Shown here: piece by piece, positions 47,998-60,789 of the stretch
Numbering within the stretch: position 1 is the first letter of the stretch
How the letters are laid out: every line of letters starts with the position of its first letter
NCBI GenBank assembly: GCA_965214095.1
Contig: OZ243938.1
Coordinates: 3,872,001 to 3,936,000, forward strand
From: Candidatus Poribacteria bacterium
GTDB lineage: Bacteria; Poribacteria; WGA-4E; WGA-3G
Length of the DNA stretch: 64,000 bases
Reading direction: 5' to 3'
Notes under the pieces: model-generated
Databases searched by the model: none
What the model was told of the DNA's origin: nothing
Seen by the model: the letters and a program-made list of their open reading frames with translations, nothing else
Program-made: the position numbers and the translations under genes

Positions 47998-48720
47998 TTA
48001 TGATACGAGCACACAAACCGTATCCATTGTCATAGCGACAAGCCAATGGATCGCTGCACCATAGATAAATGAACGTGTCTCCAAAGCGAGCACACCCAAT
48101 AAAATACCCGCAACGATTGATCCAAGTGCCTCCGGCAACGGTTTAGAAAAGTGCATAACTGCGAACGGAATCGTCTGAATTAAGATACTATAGTTACCGA
48201 ATCTCTTCTCCAATCCAAAGAGCATAAATCCACGGAAGAAGAACTCCCAAGAAAACATGTAGATGCCATAAGCCAACTGATATGGTAAAAATGCCTGCCA
48301 ACTACTCGCCACTTCCTTGCAAAATGGATACTTCTGTGCAAATGGAGGGTACACCTTGACCGCTACAATAACAACGGGTATCATCAACAACCATGATGCC
48401 AACGTCACACTCCATCCAAGTCTCTGCTTCCCCAAACGAATTCCGTAATCTCGCAGTCGTTGATTCGTACCAATTGCTGCAACAATGACAGGAATAAGAA
48501 ACAGTGAAATAGCAGTTGTCAAAAACCAGTAATAATATGGGTGGCTTGCTTCCAAAGGCAGAAAATCAAAATACTCTGTTAAATTCTCACGATAATAACG
48601 GGTACGACTGTAATTCCTATGCAACGTTAGTATCACCGCAGCAGCAATCAAAACTACAGTTGACTGTCGTTCCCACCCAAGTAGATACTTTTGTTTCAAA
48701 GTTTTAAGATACGGTTTCAC
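47998..48720 (-). CDS. CPBP/Abi (CAAX type II) intramembrane protease
   Basis: WEFFFRG, FAVMH.SKP..E, A.HW; multiple TMs; likely GTG start at 48720. Confidence 0.85.
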   Translation of the reverse strand: MKPYLKTLKQKYLLGWERQSTVVLIAAAVILTLHRNYSRTRYYRENLTEYFDFLPLEASHPYYYWFLTTAISLFLIPVIVAAIGTNQRLRDYGIRLGKQRLGWSVTLASWLLMIPVVIVAVKVYPPFAQKYPFCKEVASSWQAFLPYQLAYGIYMFSWEFFFRGFMLFGLEKRFGNYSILIQTIPFAVMHFSKPLPEALGSIVAGILLGVLALETRSFIYGAAIHWLVAMTMDTVCVLVS

Positions 48721-48721
48721 C

Positions 48722-48750
48722 TTGACACTCCACATATTTTGATGTATTAT
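48722..48750 (+). promoter_or_regulatory. sigma70-type promoter of the GT9 operon
   Basis: TTGACA-17 bp-TATTAT. Confidence 0.65.
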
Positions 48751-48800
48751 ACCGTGACAATAAGAAATAAGCAATTCATAGCAACAGACGAAATATTACG

Positions 48801-49838
48801 ATGTTTGCATCCGATAAGATAAAACGTATCCTAATCATCAGACTCGCACCATTGGGAGAAACTGTTTTAACAACACCTGTTATTCGTGCTTTACGACAAC
48901 ACTTCACCGATGCATACATTACCTATATGGTAGCACCGACACGGGAGGATTTAGTCTCAGCAAACCCACACTTGAATGAAGTTATTACCTATCAGTCGTC
49001 AGTTCCTAAATTAATCCATCAACTTCATCAGAGAAAGTTTGATATGGCGGTAGTCCTACAACCCACTTTCCGTTTAGTGTTACTCACATTTCTTGCCAGA
49101 ATTCCGTTTCGTATAGGACTCGAAACCAATTCAGGTGGGAAAAGGTTGCTACACGTTTCAGTTCCTAACAACACATCGCAGCACGAAACACAACGATACC
49201 TTGATGTTGTTCGTGCAATTGAGATAGAAGTTGAAGATGACGAACCAGATGTGTTTGTAGATGATGCGGGGAAAGTATGGGGAGACGATTTCCTTGAAAG
49301 TAAGAATCTAAATGATGGCAGACCAATTATCGGACTAAATCCAGGTGCAGCAACATCTTATCGTAGATGGTCTGTTGGCAACTTTGCAACTATCGGTGAC
49401 ATGCTCCACGATACTTATGATGCACATATCATCATAACAACAGGACCGAATGAAGGAGAACTTGCACATCAGGTGCAGAAACAGATGGTATTTTCATCCA
49501 CTATTGTTGACGATGTAACACTGATGCAACTCGCCGGACTCTTACAACGTTGCCATCTTTACATCAGCAATGATACGGGACCGATGCACCTAAGCACAGC
49601 AGTGAAAACGCCTACAATTGCACTTTTCGGAGGATCAAACCCAACTCAATGGGGTCCAAAATGGGACAAACATACAGTAATTGCACGACAAGGATGTGAG
49701 TTGATGCAAACACTATCACCGAAAGAATGGGACGACTATGCAGATGTAGCACGCAAAAACTTGAAATCTATCACACCAGAAATGGTGTTTGCTGCTTCGG
49801 AGAAAATGGAATGGAAAATCAAAGACAAATCATCATAG
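48801..49838 (+). CDS. Glycosyltransferase family 9 (LPS heptosyltransferase-like)
   Basis: ILIIRL..LG..VL.TP, LNPGA...RRW, NDTGPMHL..A...PTIALFG. Confidence 0.9.
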   Translation: MFASDKIKRILIIRLAPLGETVLTTPVIRALRQHFTDAYITYMVAPTREDLVSANPHLNEVITYQSSVPKLIHQLHQRKFDMAVVLQPTFRLVLLTFLARIPFRIGLETNSGGKRLLHVSVPNNTSQHETQRYLDVVRAIEIEVEDDEPDVFVDDAGKVWGDDFLESKNLNDGRPIIGLNPGAATSYRRWSVGNFATIGDMLHDTYDAHIIITTGPNEGELAHQVQKQMVFSSTIVDDVTLMQLAGLLQRCHLYISNDTGPMHLSTAVKTPTIALFGGSNPTQWGPKWDKHTVIARQGCELMQTLSPKEWDDYADVARKNLKSITPEMVFAASEKMEWKIKDKSS

Positions 49839-51280
49839 ACCAACTAAAAACACTTCAAAACAGAGCACGCAATCAGGTAATGATAAAGTATGTAACAATC
49901 TGTCTTTTCATTGAAGTTTGTATTATGGCAGTTCTATACATCGCTGTTCGTCTGATCCCATTTCCATTCACTATATTAAACATAACTATAAGTACAGTTG
50001 GATTTGCAGTTGTAATAGGTATTTTTCTCGGACTTAGGCATCGTGAAAAGTTGACAAAAATTGCCACCTTTGTTGATGACACAATGCAACTGAAAGAACG
50101 TGTCAATACATCATTAGAAGTAATTCAGAAAAACCAAGAAGGTGAAATTGTTGATCTACAAATTGGTGATTCAGCAGAAGCAATCGCAAACTGTGATCCA
50201 AAAAAGATAATTCCTTATGTTATGCCACCAATATTAAAATGGTTATCTATTCCTATTGTCGTCATTGCACTATCTTTTGCGATACCTCGTCAATATGATT
50301 TGCCAACACCGTTAACTGCTGCAGAACAAAATGCCATTGCCATGACAATTGCTAATCTTACTGAACAATCTGTTGATGTAAGTGATTCTAAGATCAAAGA
50401 AGAAATCAGTAATACTATAGAAAAGTTGAAAAAGGTAACAGATGCTAATGCTGCACATCAACATCTACACACATTGAATAGTGAAGTGCGTAAACACAAA
50501 TCAGAACATCCAGATGAAACGGCTATAGCAGAAGCAACCCAAACCACACAGCACTTCAAAGATATGGATACCACTGCACTTGCTGATGAACTTAATAGTC
50601 TATCGGAAGAACCGGGACTAACACCTGAACTTCAGGAGCAACTTACAAAACTTTTTGCCAAATTGGCTGAGAATATACCACAAGGGAAAGTTCGTCAAAC
50701 GTTAGAGCAAATTCAAGGACAAACAGTTTCACCCGATACACTACAAGAAATTGCAGATGTACTGCATCAAGCCAATCAACTCAAACTTCTTGAAGAACAG
50801 TTGATAGATAGTCGTAAAGATATTGCATTAGCAGGCATTGACACAGACCAGTCTTCAAGGGAAATTGCCAGTAGTAGTAGTGCACCGGGTCAAGAATCTG
50901 GTAACATAGAAACACAAGGTACTCAGGTTGAAAACAGCACATCCGATTTCACATCTACGACAAATGATGTTGTTTCTCGCACTACTGATGAAACCACGTC
51001 AACTCCTCTCACGGGCAATGAAACCCCCTCAATACAAATCTCACGTAATAAATTAACATTAAAACCGGAGGCATCAACGGAAACCCAAAGCATCACCAGA
51101 GTTTTTAGTGGAAATACTGCCAATCAAGAAACAGAACCTGACTATATACCGTTCAGCGATGTTTTACTAGCCGCACAACGAGAGTACGCGCTGGCAATTG
51201 AGAACAATCGCATACCTGTCCGATACCGATCACAGATAAAAGCATACTTGGAAGCAATTGCTAAAGCAAATGAAAAGTAA
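49811..51280 (+). CDS. Hypothetical membrane-anchored coiled-coil protein
   Basis: Three N-terminal TMs, LKERVNTSLE, C-terminal IP..YR..IKAY. Confidence 0.7.
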   Translation: MENQRQIIIDQLKTLQNRARNQVMIKYVTICLFIEVCIMAVLYIAVRLIPFPFTILNITISTVGFAVVIGIFLGLRHREKLTKIATFVDDTMQLKERVNTSLEVIQKNQEGEIVDLQIGDSAEAIANCDPKKIIPYVMPPILKWLSIPIVVIALSFAIPRQYDLPTPLTAAEQNAIAMTIANLTEQSVDVSDSKIKEEISNTIEKLKKVTDANAAHQHLHTLNSEVRKHKSEHPDETAIAEATQTTQHFKDMDTTALADELNSLSEEPGLTPELQEQLTKLFAKLAENIPQGKVRQTLEQIQGQTVSPDTLQEIADVLHQANQLKLLEEQLIDSRKDIALAGIDTDQSSREIASSSSAPGQESGNIETQGTQVENSTSDFTSTTNDVVSRTTDETTSTPLTGNETPSIQISRNKLTLKPEASTETQSITRVFSGNTANQETEPDYIPFSDVLLAAQREYALAIENNRIPVRYRSQIKAYLEAIAKANEK

Positions 51281-51944
51281 ACTGATTAAATTAATTATTG
51301 TAATCGGACTCGGAGTATTTGCCTATCTACTGTTGAGAAATTACGGTGTAACAGAATATATTCATCTGAAAAACACACCCAAACTCAAAGAATGGGTTTC
51401 AAGTTTTGGAATAATCGCGCCCATAGTCTATATCTGTCTTTATATTGTTGCGACACTTTTCTTTTTGCCGGGGTCACCCATAACGGTGCTTTCAGGAATT
51501 GCATTCGGTCCGGTGTGGGGTGTTGTCTATGTGTGGATTGGCGCAACAATCGGTGTTGCTCTTGCCTTTCTCGTCGCGCGTTATGCTGCGCGCGAACTTG
51601 TTGCGGGTTGGATTTCAGGAAACGCACAATTTGCAAGAATAGATGCAAAGGTGGAACAGGAAGGATGGCGTATTGTCATGTTCACGCGATTAATGCCGTA
51701 TATACCCTTCAATTTACAGAATTACGCTTATGGATTAACAAAAATAAGATTTTCAACTTACGTCCTTGTTTCGGCGATATTTATTTTGCCAGGAACTATC
51801 GCGTATGTGCAAATCGGTGGTGCGTTAGTCAGTGGTGAGGGTAATCTTTTCAAAACGCTACTTTATCTGTCTTTAGCCGCTGTCCTTGTCCTCTTGGTTT
51901 CTCTCATTCCGAAATTTCTACGTGGTAGACAAACAGATTTATAA
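51270..51944 (+). CDS. TVP38/TMEM64 (VTT/DedA-like) membrane protein
   Basis: LPG...G..FG...G, F..AR, RLMP..PF...NY..GLT, PG. Confidence 0.9.
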   Translation: MKSKLIKLIIVIGLGVFAYLLLRNYGVTEYIHLKNTPKLKEWVSSFGIIAPIVYICLYIVATLFFLPGSPITVLSGIAFGPVWGVVYVWIGATIGVALAFLVARYAARELVAGWISGNAQFARIDAKVEQEGWRIVMFTRLMPYIPFNLQNYAYGLTKIRFSTYVLVSAIFILPGTIAYVQIGGALVSGEGNLFKTLLYLSLAAVLVLLVSLIPKFLRGRQTDL

Positions 51945-53249
51945 GGAATTGGTATTACTATCCAATAATCTCTCTACCAAAGCAAGTGCCTCCTCTCGCG
52001 TTTGAATCTTACCATAAAACTGTTTATCTTCTATCTGTCTTAACAAGATACCAATCTCTTTTCCTTCCTTAAGTTGAAACTTCCTAATAAGATCTTCTCC
52101 TGTGATGAGTCGCCCCTGTTTTTGTATAGGTAAAATATGTTGATAATATGTATCAACGATTTGCCTCAGTACTTTGTCAGGGATAGAATGCATGACAGCA
52201 GAAAACAAAAGCACACCCCACCATTCGGCCCCTGGCACCCTTAAGAAATCGATTATCTGTTTCTTTGTCAGTTTGTCATCAGTCAGGTGTGGATACCCAT
52301 CTACCATACAATTCATAAACTGCACCGCTTTTCTACTAAAACGCAGTTGTTTACCTATGTCTTTAACATCTCTATGCAGAAGAATGCATAGTTTAATCAA
52401 CGATTGACGGATGGCATATTGACCTAATTCTTCTATCAAGTAAGCATCTATTTCTGTCTGATAAGATGAAAGTGCTGTGGGAATCGGTGTTTCTTCAAAC
52501 TTTCCAAGTTCGGACCAATTCGCTATCTGTAGATCAATCTTTGGAAATACTTGTGATAGTAGACCTATCTTAGCGATCTGTTGTAGATAGGATTTTGCTT
52601 TAGGTACGTTAAGTATTTTCAACAATTCTTCTCGTATACGTTCTTTTGAGACTTGTCGTAGCAGATCTTTATGTTTCTTAACTAACCCAAGGGAATAATT
52701 TGACGTTTTAAATCCTAACTCCGCACTAAAGCGAAATATCCGCAGTAACCGAAGCGGATCATCAAGAATAACCTGTTCGCTGGGAAAGCGTAGGTGATGT
52801 GCTTCCAGGTCCTTCACACCATTACATGGGTCTATTATTACGGTGTTTTCAGACCCCATTACAGATTCCAATGGTATCGCCATAGAGTTTATTGTCAGGT
52901 CTCGGAGACATAAGTCATCCTCAAGGCTTGCTGCTCGATATTGTGCGAAATCTAAGCACATTTCACTTGGCACAAGGTCAGACGGTTTCACTATTACTCT
53001 TGCAGTAGGAGGGTTTTCTTCAAGAGGAATGCACGGTGCACGGATGCCTTGAGCGAATTTTTTTGCAAATGTAATCGCATCCGAATCCATCGTGAAGTCA
53101 TAATCTGTGGTCGGTCTGTTCAGAAGCAGATCGCGCACGACACCCCCAACAAGATATAGTTCAACACCATGCTTCTTAGCAAAAGCATGCAGAGATCGCA
53201 GAATTGGATTGTTACGTAGTTCATGCATACCAAGTTTCTCTAAATTCAC
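51939..53249 (-). CDS. Class II tRNA nucleotidyltransferase (probably CC-adding)
   Basis: VGGVVRDLLL...DYDF, RDLTINSM, DPLRLLR..RF, SKERIREE; lacks the flexible loop and HD domain. Confidence 0.85.
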   Translation of the reverse strand: MNLEKLGMHELRNNPILRSLHAFAKKHGVELYLVGGVVRDLLLNRPTTDYDFTMDSDAITFAKKFAQGIRAPCIPLEENPPTARVIVKPSDLVPSEMCLDFAQYRAASLEDDLCLRDLTINSMAIPLESVMGSENTVIIDPCNGVKDLEAHHLRFPSEQVILDDPLRLLRIFRFSAELGFKTSNYSLGLVKKHKDLLRQVSKERIREELLKILNVPKAKSYLQQIAKIGLLSQVFPKIDLQIANWSELGKFEETPIPTALSSYQTEIDAYLIEELGQYAIRQSLIKLCILLHRDVKDIGKQLRFSRKAVQFMNCMVDGYPHLTDDKLTKKQIIDFLRVPGAEWWGVLLFSAVMHSIPDKVLRQIVDTYYQHILPIQKQGRLITGEDLIRKFQLKEGKEIGILLRQIEDKQFYGKIQTREEALALVERLLDSNTNSL

Positions 53250-53845
53250 CGGTTTGCTCTTTTTTTACGAGAACGAAATAGAATTCCATCAAGGTAAAGA
53301 TGTGATGCATATCCAATTAGACCAGCAACATAGAATGCCAAGCCGCTTCGGAAGGTCTCATCAAGGTTCTCGTGCTCAACTAACGAATCAAGCAATTCTG
53401 GAAGTTCCTTCCATGCAACACCATAACCGGAATATTCTACATAAAGCGGAATAACCAAAAACAGACCTGGAAGCAGAATCATAGTAATCCTGGAATGAGT
53501 CCAACCTCTATGTTTGCTAAGTATTGGAACCATGGCAAACAATCCTAATATTGCTGACTCTGAGTATCTTTGAAAAATAAAAAAAAGCGATAGGTTCAGA
53601 ACAAACAGAACGCTATAAAATATCTTTTGACTTTTGCTTTTGATGTCTACATCGGGAAACAAGCCGAACAGCAACGCGATGATGAAGCATGCAAGGATAC
53701 CTAAAGGATCCATTTCAATCGTCGGATTCCAGTCAAATGATGATCCGTATAAGATTGAAACAGAAACTGACAATATCAACGAAAATATGAAAAAGACACT
53801 GTAGGCGGTTAATCCACCGAGCCAGTGTTCACGAAACATACTCAT
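53246..53845 (-). CDS. Metal-dependent hydrolase (YdjM-like inner membrane family)
   Basis: H...G, FPDVD, HRGWTHS, SHLYLD. Confidence 0.8.
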   Translation of the reverse strand: MSMFREHWLGGLTAYSVFFIFSLILSVSVSILYGSSFDWNPTIEMDPLGILACFIIALLFGLFPDVDIKSKSQKIFYSVLFVLNLSLFFIFQRYSESAILGLFAMVPILSKHRGWTHSRITMILLPGLFLVIPLYVEYSGYGVAWKELPELLDSLVEHENLDETFRSGLAFYVAGLIGYASHLYLDGILFRSRKKRANR

Positions 53846-53886
53846 GCAAATAGTATAACATGCATGACAGAAAAATAAAATAAATC

Positions 53887-53916
53887 TTGACAAAAGTATG
53901 TACATTAAGTTAAACT
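53887..53916 (+). promoter_or_regulatory. Possible sigma70 promoter of the rimP operon
   Basis: TTGACA-18 bp-TAAACT. Confidence 0.45.
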
Positions 53917-54154
53917 TATTTATATTCATACGTCTTAAACAAAAACTTTCTTCAAAGGAACTTGCTGTGAAATTATCAGGTTTCTTAGTAATCATTGGTG
54001 TGGAACTTGAATTTGGCTTGAATACCAAAAAGGATAGTGTTAGCATGCTAATCTAATGTCTGTAGGTCAAATTCATCATGCCGCTGTAGTTACAGTGGTA
54101 GTTGCGAATGTCTATTCCCAATTTACTCGGAATAGAAAATCGCTTATGAAGAAC

Positions 54155-54193
54155 CGCGAGGTCTCTCCACAACCGAGAACAATCGCGTTTTTT
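54155..54193 (+). terminator. Terminator-like hairpin in the rimP leader
   Basis: cgcga...tcgcg stem followed by TTTTTT, 20 bp before the rimP ATG. Confidence 0.45.
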
Positions 54194-54213
54194 GTTTTTA
54201 GAAGGTTATAGTT

Positions 54214-54675
54214 ATGACAGAAGGAATAGACATTATCGTTTCGGATATTATAATCCCTCTGCTTGAAAGACAGGGTTATGAATTGGTGGCTGTGGAAACG
54301 GCAGGAAATCGGAGAAATCAGATACTCCGATTATTGATACACAAACAGGGAGGATTGTCTATTCAAGATTGCAAGACTGTAGATAAAACGGTTCGTCCGG
54401 TTTTGGAAGTACATCAAATATTGGATAACTATAAGCAGTTAGAAATTGCATCACCGGGGTTAGACCGTCCGTTGACTACGTCACGCGATTTTCAACGAAA
54501 TATAGGGAGAACCGTTAAAATTGAAACCACTTCAACTAACGGACAGTTTCTTGAAGTTCAAGGACTGCTAAAAAATGTTGTAGACGGATGTATAGTTTTA
54601 GAACAAGCATCAGGGAAAAACACAAATATTGATATTTCACAAGTTTGTAAAGGATACATTCAACTGGCCTGGTAG
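54214..54675 (+). CDS. rimP: Ribosome maturation factor RimP
   Basis: LEIASPGLDRPL...F; first gene of the nusA operon. Confidence 0.92.
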   Translation: MTEGIDIIVSDIIIPLLERQGYELVAVETAGNRRNQILRLLIHKQGGLSIQDCKTVDKTVRPVLEVHQILDNYKQLEIASPGLDRPLTTSRDFQRNIGRTVKIETTSTNGQFLEVQGLLKNVVDGCIVLEQASGKNTNIDISQVCKGYIQLAW

Positions 54676-54825
54676 TCAGTAATAAAATTTATGGTGTAAT
54701 CTGAATATAATAGACACGGTCGTGCAATGACAGGTGAGACACCCCGACCTTTGTGCATATACAGCATGTCTAAATTATTAAAAAAGAGACTATAATTTAC
54801 AGACTGTGTCCTGATTAGGAGAAAT

Positions 54826-56064
54826 ATGAGACAAAAAACTGAGGAAAGAAGAGAGAGTTTACAAAATTCGATTCGGCAAATGATGGGACACACCGATTTA
54901 CCGGAAGATGTGTTCTTAAGTGCTATTGAAGAAGCACTACGTGTCATTGCTCTACGACATTACGGGCCGGAAGCTAAGGTCTCTATTGATATTCAACTGG
55001 ATAGTGAAGAGATAAAGTGTCACGTCCCTAAGAAGGTTGTAAATATAATGCAAGATTTCTCAACGGAAATTCCGGTTGAGGAGGCAAAGAAACTCAAACC
55101 TGATGCAGAAATTGGCGATATATTAGAAGTTGAAATCAATCCTGAGGAATTTGGTCGCATCCAAGCACAATTAGGACGACAGATACTGCTTGGAAAACTC
55201 AGAGAAGCTGAACGCGAACTCATCTACAATGAATTTGAAGGACGCGAAGGTGAACTTGTTATTGGATATGTACAACGGTATGATGGTCCAAATGTCATTA
55301 TGGATTTGGAACGTACAGAAGTGTTGCGGACAGAAGCGTTGTTACCTGCAAGCCACATACCGCAACCCCATCGGTATAATCGTGGGGATTCCTTAAGGTG
55401 TTTGATTATTGAAGTAAAAGATACCATGACCGGTGAACAGTTGATTGTTTCCAGAACAGAACCAGACCTGATCACAAGGCTTTGTGAACAAGAGGTCCCC
55501 GAAGTTTATGAAGGTCAAGTTCGCGTGATGGCTGTTGCACGAGATCCAGGATACCGTGCTAAAGTTGCAGTCGCCGCAACTGAAGATGGTATTGATGCTG
55601 TCGGAACTTGTGTCGGTGTGAGAGGGGCAAGAGTTCAAACTATGGTTCGTGAACTTAAAAATGAAAGGATCGACTTTATTGATTGGGACGAAGATCCTCG
55701 CGTCTATATTAAGAATGCACTCAAACTTTCAGAGATACGACGTGTTGAACTTAACGATGAAGACAAAAGCGCGAATGTCATTGTCGCAGAAGACCAATTG
55801 TCGTTAGCAATTGGTAGACGCGGACAAAACGCAAGACTCGCAGCAAAAGTTACTGGATGGAATATTGACATAAAGAGTGAATCCGAAGTTCCTGTGTCAT
55901 TACAAACACTCTTTAAAGAAAGTGTACAGGATTCTGATGAAGATATAGAAGCAGATGAAACACCTGTAAACACAGAAGAGGATACTGCCGTTGAAGGTGA
56001 AAACGATGCGACTTCTGAGGCAGATATTGCATTGGATGATACATCTGAAAGCAACGATAGTTAA
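54826..56064 (+). CDS. nusA: Transcription termination/antitermination factor NusA
   Basis: FGRIQAQ, S1 domain, ARDPGYRAKVAV, CVGVRGARV, LSLAIGRRGQNARLA. Confidence 0.96.
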   Translation: MRQKTEERRESLQNSIRQMMGHTDLPEDVFLSAIEEALRVIALRHYGPEAKVSIDIQLDSEEIKCHVPKKVVNIMQDFSTEIPVEEAKKLKPDAEIGDILEVEINPEEFGRIQAQLGRQILLGKLREAERELIYNEFEGREGELVIGYVQRYDGPNVIMDLERTEVLRTEALLPASHIPQPHRYNRGDSLRCLIIEVKDTMTGEQLIVSRTEPDLITRLCEQEVPEVYEGQVRVMAVARDPGYRAKVAVAATEDGIDAVGTCVGVRGARVQTMVRELKNERIDFIDWDEDPRVYIKNALKLSEIRRVELNDEDKSANVIVAEDQLSLAIGRRGQNARLAAKVTGWNIDIKSESEVPVSLQTLFKESVQDSDEDIEADETPVNTEEDTAVEGENDATSEADIALDDTSESNDS

Positions 56065-56141
56065 CTGTCACACACTAATTATTTGTAATGCTTCATTTTT
56101 TTAGGAGTCTAATTGCTACACTATTTCTCCGTAGTAAATTG

Positions 56142-56415
56142 ATGAAGAGCGTGAAACCACCTATTCGCACCTGTATTGGGTGTCGTTGTAAATTTCCACA
56201 GAACACTTTAATCCGTTTTGTATGTCATAGAGGAGAGTCATTGAAAATACAAGCGTTGACAAAACTACCTGGACGCGGAGTTTATGTCTGTCGTTCTACG
56301 TCATGCATTCAGGAAGCATTCAAAGTCCCTAAACGGATAAACGCATTGCTACGAGTGCAATTACCGAAATCAGTTATCAACGAGTTCAAACTGACAATTC
56401 TTGATAAGGAGTTAT

Positions 56416-56429
<14 letters not shown>
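56142..56429 (+). CDS. ylxR: YlxR/DUF448 nucleic-acid-binding protein
   Basis: PIRTCIGCR, L.RFV, GRGVYVC...C; lies between nusA and infB. Confidence 0.88.
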
Positions 56430-58527
<2,098 letters not shown>

Positions 58528-58937
58528 GTATGCAAGTCAATTTAATTTCCATCATCAAAAACTGGACGTGAATCTACACCTAATTCGTACCTTTAAACTC
58601 GTTTCAAACGTTGAAAGTTAACATTCATTCCGTTGTTGTTTTCTTGTCTGCCAAAATTGCTCTTTGGTGAGAAGCAAGTGTCTCCTCTGATATCGCTTCA
58701 CTGCACACGAAACCATCAGAACAATTTGCATATTCCTAAAGCACAGTATGTCTACAAACAACGTTTTTACGGCTGAACGGGAAGTACTAGTGCCATCAAT
58801 AGATTTACCAGATATTTTAAAACCGAAATTGTGGAATCTGCTATAAGGGCAGTTACTCAAAAGAATCCTCCTGGAGCATATATCCGTGAATAAATAAATT
58901 GTATACATTCAACCTATATTATAGATAAATTATCCAA

Positions 58938-59222
58938 ATGCACATCGGTGTTTGTAAAATAAAGTTATATTTACCAGAAAGTCAATCCCTGAAGGAAAAA
59001 CGTAGGATACTAAAGAGTCTAATTGCGCGGTTAAAGAATAAATTCAACATTTCTATTGCCGAAGTTGACACACTTGATATGCATCAATCGGCTGTTATTG
59101 GAGTGGTCTCTGTGGCAAATGAAGTTAAATTTGTAAATCAAATTTTGTCTCAATGTGTTAGATTTATTGAAGTAAATTCATCTGTTGTCTTGCTTGATTA
59201 TGAAACCGACTTCTTTTACTAA
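58938..59222 (+). CDS. ylxP: DUF503 (YlxP) protein
   Basis: SLKEKRR...L...FNISIAEV; lies between infB and rbfA. Confidence 0.88.
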   Translation: MHIGVCKIKLYLPESQSLKEKRRILKSLIARLKNKFNISIAEVDTLDMHQSAVIGVVSVANEVKFVNQILSQCVRFIEVNSSVVLLDYETDFFY

Positions 59223-59308
59223 TCCTATGTTTTTGTAGTTATTTAGGAAATACTGTACAAACTAAAAAGATAGAAAAAATGCTTCCAAGTCCAGAAAGGG
59301 TGACAATT

Positions 59309-59689
59309 ATGATAGAGAATAGAAGACAAGACAGGGTAAGTGCACTTATCCAAAGAGAATTAAGCGAGGTAATTCACCGTGAAGTGAAAGACCCGAGAGT
59401 TGCATTTTGCACCATCACACATGTTGAGGCATCTGCAGACCTAAAATATGTTAATGTAAAAGTAAGTGTTATTGGAGGAACAGAGCAGAAGGAAGCGACA
59501 CTTGCTGGTCTTAAGAGTGCGGCGGGGTTTCTTAGACGTGAGATGAACCGACGTTTATCACTCAAACATTCACCTGAACTTCGCTTTAGTTTAGATGATT
59601 CAGTTGACCATCTGATGAAGATTGATGGTCTCCTTAAAGAAATTGAAGATGAAGTACTGGAAAATGAACCGAAAGAAAATGAACTGTGA
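59309..59689 (+). CDS. rbfA: Ribosome-binding factor A
   Basis: R..RV...I.RELS, KDPR, SADL, GFLR...L.LK..PELRF..D. Confidence 0.95.
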   Translation: MIENRRQDRVSALIQRELSEVIHREVKDPRVAFCTITHVEASADLKYVNVKVSVIGGTEQKEATLAGLKSAAGFLRREMNRRLSLKHSPELRFSLDDSVDHLMKIDGLLKEIEDEVLENEPKENEL

Positions 59690-60669
59690 TGAATAGTTTT
59701 CGCACCCTCCATACCCTTATTGATAAATACAAGACATACGCACTTACAACGCATGTTAACCCGGATGGTGATGCAATCGGGTCTGAATTAGCGTTTTACT
59801 TATACCTAAAAAGGTTAGGAAAAACTGTAAAAATATACAATGCAGATCCTGTTCCCAAAAAGTATCAGTTTCTGCCAAATTGGGAGAACATAGAGGACGC
59901 TCAAGCAGCATTAAACTATAGTCCAGAAATATTGATCATTCTTGATGCAAGTTCGCGTGACAGGATAGGCAACTTTCTCAACAAATGTCTAATACCACTC
60001 AATGCGGTTGTGAATATTGACCATCACATTACTGCGGAGGAATTTGCAGACTACAACATTATTCTACCTGATGCCTCATCAACTGCTGAGATCATTTACA
60101 AATACATAGATTCGACAGAAATACAAATTGACCCAGATTGTGCTTTATGCCTATATACTGGCCTAATATTTGATACAGGTTGTTTTCGTTACAGCAACAC
60201 AACACCTGAAACCCATCGGATAGCGGCAGATTTGATTGAATTGGGAGACTTTGCCCCAGATGAAGTTTACAGCAGAATATATGAACATGTCCCACTGGGA
60301 AAAATCCATCTTTTAGGTCAAACTCTTCAGACATTAGAACTCAGCAACGAAGGCAGAATAGCATGGGTTTTGGTTAACCAGTCTATGTTAGAGGATACGA
60401 ATACAACCTTAGATGATTTGGAAGGTTTTGTAAATCAAATTCAAGCCATTGAAGGTGTTGAGGTTGCTCTCTGTCTATGTGAACTACCGGATGGAAATAC
60501 AAAAGTTAGTTTACGTAGCGAAGGTAGAGTTGATGTTGCAGCACTTGCAGCCGAATTTAATGGTGGTGGACATGAACGCGCTTCAGGTTGTCGTATCAAC
60601 CAACCACCAACTTCAGCGATAAAATTGCTATTGGAGAGTACCAATCAACGTATTAAAGATATAAATTGA
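59686..60669 (+). CDS. nrnA: Bifunctional oligoribonuclease/PAP phosphatase (DHH family)
   Basis: HVNPDGDAIGS, NIDHH, DTG.F, SLRS, GGGH..ASG. Confidence 0.92.
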   Translation: MMNSFRTLHTLIDKYKTYALTTHVNPDGDAIGSELAFYLYLKRLGKTVKIYNADPVPKKYQFLPNWENIEDAQAALNYSPEILIILDASSRDRIGNFLNKCLIPLNAVVNIDHHITAEEFADYNIILPDASSTAEIIYKYIDSTEIQIDPDCALCLYTGLIFDTGCFRYSNTTPETHRIAADLIELGDFAPDEVYSRIYEHVPLGKIHLLGQTLQTLELSNEGRIAWVLVNQSMLEDTNTTLDDLEGFVNQIQAIEGVEVALCLCELPDGNTKVSLRSEGRVDVAALAAEFNGGGHERASGCRINQPPTSAIKLLLESTNQRIKDIN

Positions 60670-60685
60670 TGATTCACTGAATCGG

Positions 60686-60789
60686 TTATGACAAATCCGA
60701 AAAATAGAAGGACACTTTCCTCCTACGGTAGGTGAGAAATCCTAGTCTCCGTTGATACAGTGTCAAATTGATTCTAAGGTCTACGATAA
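60686..60789. mobile_element. Degenerate TIR-bounded miniature element (copy F)
   Basis: Same length and layout as copy E (ttatg...gacactttc...acggtagg...cagtgtc...gataa) with a decayed hairpin. Confidence 0.45.

Noticed and set aside
58528-58937. 410-bp gap between infB and DUF503, including ORF 58618..58908 (-)
   Set aside because: No recognisable protein motif, repeat or RNA family could be supported by eye.
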